A DNA stretch of 41,962 nt from a virus (IMGVR_UViG_3300042557_001224:1-41962), one strand, 5' to 3'; shown: positions 15,409 through 25,470, numbered from the stretch's first letter. The notes: generated by a model not told the origin, from the letters alone. A program made the numbers and translations.

Positions 15409-16109
15409 TGCTGTTATATACCAGTCTCTCACCCTCCGCCTCGGCCGTCGCAAAACAGCGAGAATGCATCGAATCGTGGCTCGCCCACGGCCACGAGGTC
15501 GTGTGCGTTCAGGGTCGATGTGACGACATCGCCGCATCTATCGATGGTCTGCCCGTGCAGGTCATACGCACCAAGCCCACGATGGCGGGTAGCAGGCCCA
15601 AGGCATATGTGGGACTCGATGCGATACTTGACGCCTTCCTGCTCAGCGGTGCGGATCGCTGCGGGATCATCAACGGAGATATCGAGATCTACGACCCAGA
15701 TGGACTGATCGACGCCGAGCAACGTGGTCTGGCGTGCGTGCGGCGCTACGACCATGATGGAGATCTGGCGACCGCACGCGTTTTCCCGTCTGGCTTCGAC
15801 CTCTTCCTGCTAGATCGCAGCCATGCCGAGTCGGTGCCCCGCTCCATGTTCGTGATCGGCCAGACCTTCTGGGATTATTGGCTGCCGTGGTCGTGCCTGC
15901 AGGCCGGGCACATACTGACCACCATCGACGCACCAGTGATCTATCACAGGAGGCACGCACTGAACTACGCGCACCAAGACTGGCTGCGCACGGTCCATCA
16001 CTTTTGCTGGCTTACGAACAGATCTACCAACGTGCAGGCCATCCGCATCAGCACAGACGTACACACGGCGATCAACAGAGCGATCGCACAAACCCAAAGC
16101 ACCAGATGA
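15408..16109 (+). CDS. Putative GT-A fold glycosyltransferase
   Basis: GIINGDI (DxD-like), GFDLF, IGQTFWDYWLP, YHRRH. Confidence 0.6.
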   Translation: MLLYTSLSPSASAVAKQRECIESWLAHGHEVVCVQGRCDDIAASIDGLPVQVIRTKPTMAGSRPKAYVGLDAILDAFLLSGADRCGIINGDIEIYDPDGLIDAEQRGLACVRRYDHDGDLATARVFPSGFDLFLLDRSHAESVPRSMFVIGQTFWDYWLPWSCLQAGHILTTIDAPVIYHRRHALNYAHQDWLRTVHHFCWLTNRSTNVQAIRISTDVHTAINRAIAQTQSTR

Positions 16110-16822
16110 CAACAGATATCTTCATACGGACCTGCGCCAAGGACATCGCTTGGCTAAGGTTCGCCATCGCCTCGATCCGCTCCCGTGTTAGCGGCTATCG
16201 CCATCTGGTGATCACCTGTCCTGTGCGCGATGTAGCCCGCGTAGCTCGCGCTACCGGCGAGCACGTGATCGGCGTGCAGGCATTTGTCGACGACTACATC
16301 GGACAGCAACACACAAAGCTGACAGCGACAGATCATACCGATGCCGATGTGATCTGCTTCTGGGATAGCGACACGATGGCCGCAGAGGCCATTGATCTGA
16401 ACTCGTTGCTGTTCGGCGAGGGCGGTCTCGTCTTGCATCGCGTCCCGTTCGCCGGTCTGGCAGACGGTTCGGAGATCTGGCGCTCCATCGTGACTAGGGA
16501 CATGGGTTTCGAGCCAGAGTACGAGTCGATGCGCAGACTGCCGTTGGCCTACCACCGAAAGACGCTGCTCGACTGCAAGAGACACATTGAGAGAACACAC
16601 GACATGCCCCTGCGGGCCTATATGCTGAGGCTACCACAAAGGTCGTTCAGCGAGTTCAATTGCCTAGGCGCTTGGATCGAGGCCAACGAGACACACCTCT
16701 ATGATCTGCGCATCAATGAAGGCGAGGCGGCCATGTGGAAGAAGCGCGTGCGCCAGTTCTGGTCGTGGGGCGGGATCACACCACAGGTCCTAGACGAGTT
16801 GCACAGCATCGGGCTAGCCTAA
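16106..16822 (+). CDS. Putative glycosyltransferase (DUF6492-like)
   Basis: DIFIRTCAKD..WL, YIGQQHTKL, FWDSD (DxD), FSEFN.LG. Confidence 0.65.
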   Translation: MTTDIFIRTCAKDIAWLRFAIASIRSRVSGYRHLVITCPVRDVARVARATGEHVIGVQAFVDDYIGQQHTKLTATDHTDADVICFWDSDTMAAEAIDLNSLLFGEGGLVLHRVPFAGLADGSEIWRSIVTRDMGFEPEYESMRRLPLAYHRKTLLDCKRHIERTHDMPLRAYMLRLPQRSFSEFNCLGAWIEANETHLYDLRINEGEAAMWKKRVRQFWSWGGITPQVLDELHSIGLA

Positions 16823-16831
16823 ACGCGCGAC

Positions 16832-17500
16832 ATGATAAAGACCATCAAGCTCGCAGACGGGTCGAGCGCCAAGATCATCGAAGGCGACACCCACATCTGC
16901 AAGTGGATCGAGGATTCTGGGCGCCTCGACCACGACCAGAACATGCTCCCGCTGCTGATCCCCCACTTGCGTGGCACGGTCCTAGACATCGGCGCCTTTG
17001 TTGGAGACCATACCACCTTCTATGCCAGACATGCCGACAGGGTGCTAGCATTCGAGCCGAACCCGGAAGCCTTCGAATGTCTGGCCTACAACACCGGCGA
17101 TCTGGCTAACGTGTCCTTCCATGAGGTCGGACTGGGCGCGCGATCTGGCACGGCGTCGCTGGTGCCGCATGCCAACGCTGGTATGGCCACATTGCGATCT
17201 GGCGACGAGATCTCGATCATTACTCTGGATTCTCTCAGTCTGCCCTCCGTAACCTTCATCAAGATCGACGCCGAGGGATGGGAGTGTGACATCTTGGAGG
17301 GAGCCCGCGCCACCATCGCCAGATGTAGGCCCGCCATGCTGATCGAGGTCAATGCTGGGGCGCTGAAGCTCCACGGCAGATCGGCCGGTGAGCTGCTGAC
17401 CATGCTCGGAGGCATGCAATATGTGATGCGGAACATCTACGCAGAGCAACCCATGAGCGGTACTCAGTTCGACATGCTTTGTGAACCCTTATTCCCATGA
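16832..17500 (+). CDS. FkbM-family SAM-dependent methyltransferase
   Basis: VLDIGAFVG, AFEPNP, TLDS, FIKIDAEGWE..ILEG, P.MLIE. Confidence 0.92.
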   Translation: MIKTIKLADGSSAKIIEGDTHICKWIEDSGRLDHDQNMLPLLIPHLRGTVLDIGAFVGDHTTFYARHADRVLAFEPNPEAFECLAYNTGDLANVSFHEVGLGARSGTASLVPHANAGMATLRSGDEISIITLDSLSLPSVTFIKIDAEGWECDILEGARATIARCRPAMLIEVNAGALKLHGRSAGELLTMLGGMQYVMRNIYAEQPMSGTQFDMLCEPLFP

Positions 17501-17603
17501 GCTTCTCCTTTCGCCTCCTTTGCGGCGCAGCACGTTCTTGGGTATTCGAGGCCGAGAGACGCCTCAACGCCTTCCTCGGGCCGTTCCTGTGCCCAAGGAG
17601 GTA

Positions 17604-18062
17604 CTAGCGTTTGTCGGCGCTGCGGTGCGGTGGGTACCTATACAGGAGGAACATCGCCAAGCTGAACATGCCAAGGATCAGCGCGGCGGTCCTCCACCAC
17701 TTGTGAACCTTGGCATCTTCAGGGCATGGCACCACACGCGGCACCTCTACGGTGATCGTGCTGTATACGGTGTCCGGCTTCACGCGGGCCTCTACGTCGA
17801 GCGCAATGGCTGCGGTATCACATGGCGACCCGGTTCTGATGCGCTGGATCTTGACCACTTGGCGCTCATTCTCCACGGTCACGGTATCGCGTAACAGGAC
17901 GGAACGCCACAGCGTATCGCCCGGCACCACGATAGTATCGACCACGGTGATAGTATCCACGCGGGAGAGTTCCGGGAACTTGTCAAGGAGCCGCTGCAAA
18001 CGGCGCTCCGGTGAGCAGGCCGTGAGCAGTAGCGCGGCGGTTATGATGGCGGCGGTTCTCAT
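17604..18062 (-). CDS. Lipoprotein with C-terminal transmembrane helix, putative unimolecular spanin
   Basis: MRTAAIITAALLLTA-C lipobox, beta-rich middle, C-terminal WWRTAALILGMFSLAMFLLY; at the end of the lysis operon. Confidence 0.7.
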   Translation of the reverse strand: MRTAAIITAALLLTACSPERRLQRLLDKFPELSRVDTITVVDTIVVPGDTLWRSVLLRDTVTVENERQVVKIQRIRTGSPCDTAAIALDVEARVKPDTVYSTITVEVPRVVPCPEDAKVHKWWRTAALILGMFSLAMFLLYRYPPHRSADKR

Positions 18063-18069
18063 TGTGGCT

Positions 18070-18318
18070 TTATGCTGCATCAGTTCCAATTACCTGCGAT
18101 GGTCTTGGCGGAAGAGGCATCCACCATGTAGGAGGGTCGCAAAGGCCAAGCCGAATGATATGCCAACTATCGCCCATTCCGGTTGGGTATCCTTGGTATA
18201 CAACGCCACCCGCTATGACCAAAACGCCATCTACAACATCACCATCATACGGCCCTTCTTTCATTAATCCCGGACCGCTAATGTTCGGCAACCTATCGTT
18301 TACGCTGATCCATTCCAT
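18070..18318 (-). CDS. DUF551-like small protein
   Basis: MEWISVNDRLP...TWWMPLPPRP. Confidence 0.75.
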   Translation of the reverse strand: MEWISVNDRLPNISGPGLMKEGPYDGDVVDGVLVIAGGVVYQGYPTGMGDSWHIIRLGLCDPPTWWMPLPPRPSQVIGTDAA

Positions 18319-18329
18319 GGCTCTCGCAA

Positions 18330-20897
18330 TTACCGCGCAAACGGCGAACACATCAGATCACCCACAAACAACGTCCGGTCGGGACATTTGACCGCAGCCC
18401 ACGCCGCCACGCCAACGGGCGAGCCGCCAATGAACAAGGGGTGGAAGATCCGCACATCCACGAACTGCTCCACCAGACTGCCGGGGCTATTCCCGCTGCG
18501 ATCCTGCCAAGGCTCCACCACCGTTCCCGCCGTCATGGATGCCCCCCTGTCAAGGTGATACGTGAGCGGCGTTTGACCCGCGCCCGTGGGCAGCGTTCCG
18601 CCCGTGCTGGTTACGTGGTCGCCGTAGAAACCCTTTGCCCATACAGCGCCACCGTCTGCTCCAAGTTGGAACATGGACTGATAGCCCGCAATGATGGGCG
18701 TTGTGCCCGGCTTGCGCGTAGCTACCCAGCAGTCATTGCTGATCCAGTTGCAGGCGTTGCCTCCCGTGCCTACGTTGCTCAGGCTCCGGTTGTCCCATAC
18801 GGTCACACCCGCGATGCCTTGTGCGGCCCTTGCGCTGCCCCGTGGCGTTCCGCTCTGGTCCTTTGCGAGTACCAAGATGCTCTGACCCGTTGGCCGCGTC
18901 CCGTGGGCATCTTTCCGAATGTAGTTCGCAGACCTCAATAGAACCGCAGGAGCTACCCCTTTGTCGCTTCGCGGCATCATTCCCGTGTACTGATACAGCG
19001 ATGAAACAGTCATGTTACTAACAGACCTGTTACCAAACGTGATTGCGCTGGTGATGCTCTGCTGCCCCGCGTAACGGCTCGGCACACTGAACGCAAGAAC
19101 CGTGAACTGCCGACCCTTGGCGTTGATGGCCGTGCGTGCCGTGTTTAGCGTTGTGGCGTTGGTCAGGTCTTCGCCCGTACTCAGCGACACGTTCACAAGG
19201 TTTGCCAGTGGGATGCTCCACGCGGTCATGTATGCCGTGGCCATTGCTGCCGATGTGGGGTCGTTCGTGTTTACTACCACGCACACGTCAGCCGGGTTGA
19301 TGCCTAATGCGGTCGAAGGTGGCGGCGTTACCGTGCAAGCCTTGGCGATGCTATCTGCTGGTGCCGTACCTGTGCATCCTGCTGGCGATGCCGTGGCCGT
19401 GCGCGTCTGCTGCCCGTTCACGCAAGCCGACCACGCCCCGTAGGTGAACGTGCAAGGCATGGGGGGTGGTGTGCCAGTCTCTTCGCCCAGATAAATGGTG
19501 GCGGAGCTCCTTGGCGGTCCTGCTATGATGTGCTTATGTGGTACGGCCGTTGGCCCCATGCCGATAGGCGCGGTGCTGCCAGCGACGTGCGCAACACGGA
19601 AGGTGGCGAGGCCGTTCGTTGCGGTCAGAGGGCGCGATCCGGTCTGCCATGCCAGCCCTTCTGCACCGTCATACTCCAGACTATGCGCACGGTAGTCGCC
19701 GATCTTGGCAAAGCCACGGCCGCGCATGATGTCGTGCACGAGGTACTGATAATTGTAGCCCTTCATGCTGCCGACACGGATGTGGCTACCCTGCAGGTCG
19801 CCCCTCTCTAGTCGAGGATCTACGACAAAGAGCGCCGGTAGTACGCCGCCACCGCTCGCGCCGCTGATGGCTCCGATGTTGATCGCGAACTGCCCATAAA
19901 ACACCCCGACCGGCATACCGCGCCACACGCGTTCAAATCCTCCGGTCGTGTTCGGCTCTACGGCCACCATCGTCTCGAGCTTCACCGCACCAACGTTCCA
20001 CGTACCTCCGGCCTGCTGTCCGTGTCCCGGCACGCTAGCCATGAGTGCACCGTTGTCGTCACCGCTGATCATATCCATGTTGATCGTGCCGCCCCAGCAG
20101 CCCACGCAGAGCAGCCCGGCCACCACGTTCTCGAACACGCTCAAGTTGCTGATGTGATGCGGAGTAGGGCCGTGCATTTCGATGCCAGCCGTGCGGAAGT
20201 TGCGCGCGAAAACGTTGTCGGTGGTGGTCACTTCACCGGGCTTCCACATCCTGATGCCGCTGCTGTTGAAACGCAGGTTGGGGAACTGCTTGCTACGACC
20301 GTCGAGGCTGATCCCCTCGATGTGTGTGACTTCTACGTAGGCGATGTTACCCTTGCCGCCCCAAGGGCCTGCCTGCATGCCGTGGCGCTCCATGGGATCG
20401 CCGTTCCACCGCTCGTGCCAAATGACCAGCCGCGTGTTTTGACTGGTGTTGTTCTCCACGCTGTAACCCGCACCGGCTCCGCGATAATGACCACCGCTGA
20501 ACTCGGCGGTGATCGTCTGATAGTAGGTGCCTGCAGGTATCTCCACGTCGTTGTTACTGCTCAGCCATCCGCTGATCGGCTGACCGCCGCCAAGCCCGGA
20601 CCACACGGCCTGCAACCAAGCAGCATCAAACGCGCTCAGGGTCATGAACTTCGCGTCGCTCCACGCGGGTCCGGGTGCTGGCGAAGTCATGCGAGCATAG
20701 GCGCGCGGGTATTTCGCCTTCATGGCGTCGAGGCTGCCCAGATTGCTCAGCTGGAGCATCGATTGCAATTCGGTGAGGCCGAACTCGGCGCGTAGGTCAT
20801 AGGTCTTGCGATCCTGTGCACCGACGGAGAACGCGAGCAGCCAAGCGAGGCAGAACGCGAGAACGTGGCAGATGAGGCGAGAGAGTAGTTGCGTCAT
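18330..20897 (-). CDS. Large secreted multidomain protein (signal peptide, beta-helix-like region, TSP1-like repeat, TIGR03790-like domain), 855 aa
   Basis: MTQLLSRL...LAFSVGA-Q signal; VEIPAGTY; CTFTYGAWSACVNGQQTR; VCVVVNTNDPTS...IP..N...GTVVEP...GDLMCSPF. Confidence 0.6.
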   Translation of the reverse strand: MTQLLSRLICHVLAFCLAWLLAFSVGAQDRKTYDLRAEFGLTELQSMLQLSNLGSLDAMKAKYPRAYARMTSPAPGPAWSDAKFMTLSAFDAAWLQAVWSGLGGGQPISGWLSSNNDVEIPAGTYYQTITAEFSGGHYRGAGAGYSVENNTSQNTRLVIWHERWNGDPMERHGMQAGPWGGKGNIAYVEVTHIEGISLDGRSKQFPNLRFNSSGIRMWKPGEVTTTDNVFARNFRTAGIEMHGPTPHHISNLSVFENVVAGLLCVGCWGGTINMDMISGDDNGALMASVPGHGQQAGGTWNVGAVKLETMVAVEPNTTGGFERVWRGMPVGVFYGQFAINIGAISGASGGGVLPALFVVDPRLERGDLQGSHIRVGSMKGYNYQYLVHDIMRGRGFAKIGDYRAHSLEYDGAEGLAWQTGSRPLTATNGLATFRVAHVAGSTAPIGMGPTAVPHKHIIAGPPRSSATIYLGEETGTPPPMPCTFTYGAWSACVNGQQTRTATASPAGCTGTAPADSIAKACTVTPPPSTALGINPADVCVVVNTNDPTSAAMATAYMTAWSIPLANLVNVSLSTGEDLTNATTLNTARTAINAKGRQFTVLAFSVPSRYAGQQSITSAITFGNRSVSNMTVSSLYQYTGMMPRSDKGVAPAVLLRSANYIRKDAHGTRPTGQSILVLAKDQSGTPRGSARAAQGIAGVTVWDNRSLSNVGTGGNACNWISNDCWVATRKPGTTPIIAGYQSMFQLGADGGAVWAKGFYGDHVTSTGGTLPTGAGQTPLTYHLDRGASMTAGTVVEPWQDRSGNSPGSLVEQFVDVRIFHPLFIGGSPVGVAAWAAVKCPDRTLFVGDLMCSPFAR

Positions 20898-20913
20898 GTC
20901 TTTGGTCTTTGGT

Positions 20914-21330
20914 TTATGTTGGGTCAGTAATTTCAAGCATGAGCGGCCCAGCTCCGACCGCGCTGTGGAATAGGTCCATGGCGCCACGCGAGCGCGTGAT
21001 GTCCATCACACCGTCACCGTCGATGTCCACGCGAGACATGCCAAGCGCGATGCAGCCGTGCAGCTCGCTGGCCTTGTTCGCGGAGTGAATGCGGATCCCG
21101 GCGCGGCCCTTCACGTTCTTGATCTCCCACAGCTTCCTCTTGAAGCGGTTGGACATCGTTAAGGCCATCGGATAACGGCCAGCAGGGATACACGACCTCA
21201 TGCTCTCGTTATCTTGCCAAGGCAGCTCTATCGTATGACAGCGGAACACGCAAACGGGGCCGTGCCAGATCTCTGCTACGCCCCAAGTCGCAAGGTCGCT
21301 CTGCGCGGTCCTCTTTACCGTCATCACCAT
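20914..21330 (-). CDS. Putative endolysin, DUF5675 (L,D-transpeptidase-like)
   Basis: CHTIELPW...SCIPAGRY...RAGIRIHSAN...HGCIALG; adjacent to the holin; alternative start at 21354. Confidence 0.8.
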   Translation of the reverse strand: MVMTVKRTAQSDLATWGVAEIWHGPVCVFRCHTIELPWQDNESMRSCIPAGRYPMALTMSNRFKRKLWEIKNVKGRAGIRIHSANKASELHGCIALGMSRVDIDGDGVMDITRSRGAMDLFHSAVGAGPLMLEITDPT

Positions 21331-21334
21331 GGGT

Positions 21335-21814
21335 TCAGGGCTGCGGGTCGGCATCGCTGCTGTTCTTGCGTGTGAGCAGATGCCCGAAGGCCTCGCGCAC
21401 TTTTGTGGCCAGATCGAGCCCTGTGACCTTGCCGATGTTCTCGAGGTTGCTCAGCAGCTCGCGCCCGGTGATCAGACCGGCGACTATGTACGTGGTGCCG
21501 AGCATGCCGTCTAGACCGAATGACAGATCGCAGCCGCGACAGATCAAGATCGCCAGCATGTAGAGTACCGTCTTCTCAATCGTCCCTCCCATGCCCTTAG
21601 AGTTGAAGCGTTCGCCCCGTAGCTTCTTTGCCGCCCTCCATCCCGTGTACATATCGACCACCACCAGCGCGCCGATAATGAGGAGATAGTGCTTTATGGG
21701 CATTACGAAAGAGGACGCAGAGGCGATGACCATGCCTGCGAATTGTCCGACCCATGCGCCGCCGGACGGGTCTAACATTTGGGCGGCGAGGTGTTTGATA
21801 CGTGCTGTGTCCAT
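21335..21814 (-). CDS. Holin (phage holin 4 / toxin-secretion family)
   Basis: Several hydrophobic helices; DMYTG..AA, NSKGM...K, ELLSNLENI motifs. Confidence 0.85.
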   Translation of the reverse strand: MDTARIKHLAAQMLDPSGGAWVGQFAGMVIASASSFVMPIKHYLLIIGALVVVDMYTGWRAAKKLRGERFNSKGMGGTIEKTVLYMLAILICRGCDLSFGLDGMLGTTYIVAGLITGRELLSNLENIGKVTGLDLATKVREAFGHLLTRKNSSDADPQP

Positions 21815-21816
21815 GG

Positions 21817-23085
21817 TTAGGCTACTCGGCGAATGAACCCGATCACATTGGTGACGGTGATAGTGGTAGTGGTTACCGTTTCCGTTCGGAATTGAAGTCG
21901 GATGGCGGAGGCTGCGTTGAAGATCACGCGCCCACGAATGATGGCTTGGTTGCCAGTTGTGGCGCGGGAAGATGCAGCCACAACGTCAAGGGCGAAGCCG
22001 CCACGGAACGTAGAGCGATCACCAGATCCAGCGTCTACGCCCGTTTCGATCGCGGAATAGTCAGCCGTTCCGCCTACGGTGTTGCGTGCCGTGAAGCCCG
22101 CGCCCGTGGTGGTGGCGTTGGCATTGTACGTGACGCGGTATTCAAACTCGTACATCCCCGCGCCCGGCACCGTCAATTCGGTATCGGTCACATCGGTAAG
22201 CGTTACCGCTGTCGTGGCCTGAGTTCCCACCGTCCATGCCGCGAGCAGCGAATAGGCGAACGGGGTGAGGTAGCGTGCATCGGCCTGCGATGTCGTTGGC
22301 ACATCCCCGCTACCCGTTCCCGTGTTGACCACAGCCGCCGTGCCAAGGCCCATCGCCGTCAGTGCCTGTGATGCCGTCAGATCTTCGGGGTCTCCAGTGC
22401 CAGCACCCGCCTGCCTGCCTTTAATCGTGGCCTGTGCCATGTTAGCCAACTTCGCGTTGGTCACGGCATCGTTGGCAATGGTCGTTGCGTTGTTGCCTGC
22501 GGATGCCGTCACGTCACCCGTCAACGCGGCCCTGCGAAGGTTCCCGCCCTGCAACTCCAAGCTGCCGTCGATACCGATGCTTTGAGGGTGGCCATTCCCG
22601 GCAGAATGTCGCCCGATAAGATGCCCGCTGGAAATGTCCTGCATCTTCACGAACGTGACGGCGTTATCGTCGATGTCTCCAGTCGCTACGGTATCCTTTA
22701 CCGCAAGGTCGCCAAGGCCGAGCGTTGTGCGCTGTTCAGCGGCATCGTCATCATCTAAAAGGTCACGTCCCGCTTGTGTGATCCTGCCCTCTACCGGATC
22801 GTTCGCGTTGTCGCTGTACCAGTATCGGTCAGGCACGCTGAACTTCAAATTGAAAGACACCGCCCCCGTATCGGCCTGCGCGTCGATTGTGTTGCTATCG
22901 CGGTACCGCCTCAACTCAATAGGCGATACCCCGCCTGCACTCGAAATAGGCGAAATGCCCTCCGGGTTGCCATCCGTGTCTACCGCCTTTTTCCAATCAA
23001 TGCCACCAGCCCCGTCAGACGTTGGCACAAGGCCCTCATCTTCGGAGCCGCTGCCCACATTCACGTTCACGTCGAAGGTTGCCAT
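21817..23085 (-). CDS. Tail fibre / receptor-binding protein
   Basis: G/A/T-rich; repeats DDNAVTFVKM / ANDAVTNAKL and TTLGLGDLA / TAMGLGTAA; beta-rich C-terminal domain. Confidence 0.7.
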   Translation of the reverse strand: MATFDVNVNVGSGSEDEGLVPTSDGAGGIDWKKAVDTDGNPEGISPISSAGGVSPIELRRYRDSNTIDAQADTGAVSFNLKFSVPDRYWYSDNANDPVEGRITQAGRDLLDDDDAAEQRTTLGLGDLAVKDTVATGDIDDNAVTFVKMQDISSGHLIGRHSAGNGHPQSIGIDGSLELQGGNLRRAALTGDVTASAGNNATTIANDAVTNAKLANMAQATIKGRQAGAGTGDPEDLTASQALTAMGLGTAAVVNTGTGSGDVPTTSQADARYLTPFAYSLLAAWTVGTQATTAVTLTDVTDTELTVPGAGMYEFEYRVTYNANATTTGAGFTARNTVGGTADYSAIETGVDAGSGDRSTFRGGFALDVVAASSRATTGNQAIIRGRVIFNAASAIRLQFRTETVTTTTITVTNVIGFIRRVA

Positions 23086-23086
23086 C

Positions 23087-23941
23087 TTACCAGCTTATGT
23101 TGATGTTGATCGTCTGCGCCTCGCACGGGTCAAGGTTGTTTTGAACCTCGACAAGTTCCCCGTCCACGTAGATGAACGCATCCACAAGGCAGGGCTCGTC
23201 GCATTCCGGCACCGTATGCACACCCGTGGCCGGGTTCAGCGTTCCGACTTCTACGCCGCCCTGTAGCACCGTGATGGTCGGCGTATCGCTCTCCGTGCCG
23301 TTGACCGTGGTCGGGTCGCACGGCCCGCCGCCGTCGCAAATCTCATCGAGGCGACCACCCAGACACTCTGCCACCTTCGCGTTACTGGCACCCCCGATCA
23401 CCGCACATACGAGGTCATATGGCTCGCCGCACTGATCCAAGCAGTCTGCAGACGCGTCGACATATATGACGCAGGTCAGGGCCAGCACGACCATCGAAGT
23501 CGGCACCACGGCCTCCTGAACTTCGGAAGATCGCACGGTGTCGGTGCCCAGTGTGATCCCGCCAATGGAGACGCCGAACGCGCCCGCGATCGAGTTGCGC
23601 ACGACCTTCGTAGATGCTCGTAGCTGGTGCGCCGCTGCATTTAGCAGTTGGTCTGGGGCGTCACATTGCTCGCGCCGCACAAAGGCTATGAGGGCCATGG
23701 GGATCGCTACCCTCACGGCATCACCACAGGCTGCGGTCCTGTCAAGTTGCGACACGGACTGCGCGCCATTCGCACGCCAGTAGCTAACACCTCCGTTGGC
23801 GTCCGTGATGATGGGCTTGAACTGGTCGCGACCTACGCGCTCAGAGGGCACGCCGTCGATCACCTCTGCGAACGGCACACGCAAACCCACTGGCAGCGCG
23901 AGCACCGTCTCATTGAGGACCGACGTGATGTGCCTTATCAT
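23087..23941 (-). CDS. Putative structural protein (tail completion-like) with a Cys-rich C-terminus
   Basis: Position after the neck genes; ATGA coupling; 12 Cys. Confidence 0.55.
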   Translation of the reverse strand: MIRHITSVLNETVLALPVGLRVPFAEVIDGVPSERVGRDQFKPIITDANGGVSYWRANGAQSVSQLDRTAACGDAVRVAIPMALIAFVRREQCDAPDQLLNAAAHQLRASTKVVRNSIAGAFGVSIGGITLGTDTVRSSEVQEAVVPTSMVVLALTCVIYVDASADCLDQCGEPYDLVCAVIGGASNAKVAECLGGRLDEICDGGGPCDPTTVNGTESDTPTITVLQGGVEVGTLNPATGVHTVPECDEPCLVDAFIYVDGELVEVQNNLDPCEAQTININISW

Positions 23942-24474
23942 CGTGCATTAAGGACTAGCTCTGTGTACGCCTCGAGCACGTGCTGCTGATGCGCGGCGCG
24001 CTCTTCTTCAGTAAGCTTCACGAAGGCCCCCTTAGTTTTGGTGAGCCCTTCGATCTTCTTGGATGTCTTCTCGCTGACAGAGATCACACACCGATATGGC
24101 GTGACCTTCGTGGGCCTCGGCGCCACTCCGCCTAGCCACTCCTTGCGCAGCGTGCCAACGAGCTCGAAAGGCAGATCACCACGGCCCACGAGCTTCTTGC
24201 CTGCGATATAGCTGGGCGCCCAAGTCCCTTTGATCTTGTTGCCCGTCTTGCCCTTGCCGTTGCCCTTTCTGGGCCAAGGTGGAGCATAGATATAGATGCC
24301 TCGCGTCGTTGGACCGTTGTAGGCGATCTTGCCACCAGTAGTGAGCTCGCCCCGGCCCCAGATGCGCTGGCTCATCATGTCCATCGTAGAGCCCGTGGCG
24401 ACATAGAGCACGTTCGCGCTGCCGATGTCGTCGGGGATCTTGCGCATGAGTTCGATGAGCTCCGCCTTGGTCAT
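23938..24474 (-). CDS. Putative neck / head-tail completion protein
   Basis: Basic 178-aa protein with LVGTLRK motif; position after the adaptor. Confidence 0.55.
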   Translation of the reverse strand: MTKAELIELMRKIPDDIGSANVLYVATGSTMDMMSQRIWGRGELTTGGKIAYNGPTTRGIYIYAPPWPRKGNGKGKTGNKIKGTWAPSYIAGKKLVGRGDLPFELVGTLRKEWLGGVAPRPTKVTPYRCVISVSEKTSKKIEGLTKTKGAFVKLTEEERAAHQQHVLEAYTELVLNAR

Positions 24475-25466
24475 GGGGCAGAGGTAACAACGCGTGAATA
24501 GCGAGCGCAGGAGAAACAGATGTCGTCGCCCGGGAGGGTCATACCCTGCAGCAGGTTGCTCATGGCAGCAGCGTACTGCTCGGCCAAGCGATCGGCTCGC
24601 TCCTTCAGCAGATCGAGGTTGATACGCTGCGTGTTGATCCTGTCTACTGCATAGATGCCACGGCGCAGTATGTTCTCGGCCACCTTCATGGCATAGGAGT
24701 ATTGCATGAAGCTTCTATGCTCGCACAGGTACTGTCCATGATCACAGGCCACGTCGGCTACCAAGGACAGGCCTCCGGTGAAGGAACTGCGCCGAAGGTT
24801 CGAGCTGACCATCTGGGCCGAGTTCGGCAGAGAAGCGCCACCAATGATAACGCCACCATAGATAAATCTCCCGCCTACGCAGGAAGAGCATCCCGAGCCT
24901 ATGCGTTGCACGCGCCAGCTCGGGAGATCGTGCGCAATGAAGAAAGCACCAGACCGGCGAGGCAGCTCGATGGTGATCTGGTCTGCCGCAGTCACGATCT
25001 GGTCGGCTTCTGCGTTCAGCTCCACGGTATCTACGACGCTGCCATCGCTGAGATCATAGATCGTAATGGTGACCACCTCGGTGACCGCTCCGTAGAAGCG
25101 AAGCCCTCCGAGGGTCAGACGCGTGTTCGAGCGAGGTTGATGGACCTCTACTACCACCCCGTGCCTTCCAGTAGCTCCCGTGACCAGCGTTTGGTGTTCG
25201 TCGGGTTCTCCGATACGCTGCGCGTGTAGGAAGGTGCGCGGGATGATCCTGCTGGCATATCTGGACAGCACATCCGTTTGCAGTGTGATGCGCGCCAGTT
25301 GTTCTGCGTCGTAGATGATGGAGGCTACCGTGTCCTCTGCGCCAGTGAATTGCGCGATCATCGTCTCGTCGACGCCGAAGGACTCGAGCGGCACGGCGGG
25401 ACTGACCGCATACTCGCTCGCGCAAGCATGGGCCAGTCCCGTGATCCCGTCAAAGCAGCTCAGCAT
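24471..25466 (-). CDS. Putative head-tail adaptor
   Basis: 331 aa directly downstream of the capsid gene; assignment by synteny only. Confidence 0.5.
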   Translation of the reverse strand: MLSCFDGITGLAHACASEYAVSPAVPLESFGVDETMIAQFTGAEDTVASIIYDAEQLARITLQTDVLSRYASRIIPRTFLHAQRIGEPDEHQTLVTGATGRHGVVVEVHQPRSNTRLTLGGLRFYGAVTEVVTITIYDLSDGSVVDTVELNAEADQIVTAADQITIELPRRSGAFFIAHDLPSWRVQRIGSGCSSCVGGRFIYGGVIIGGASLPNSAQMVSSNLRRSSFTGGLSLVADVACDHGQYLCEHRSFMQYSYAMKVAENILRRGIYAVDRINTQRINLDLLKERADRLAEQYAAAMSNLLQGMTLPGDDICFSCARYSRVVTSAP

Positions 25467-25470
25467 GCTC

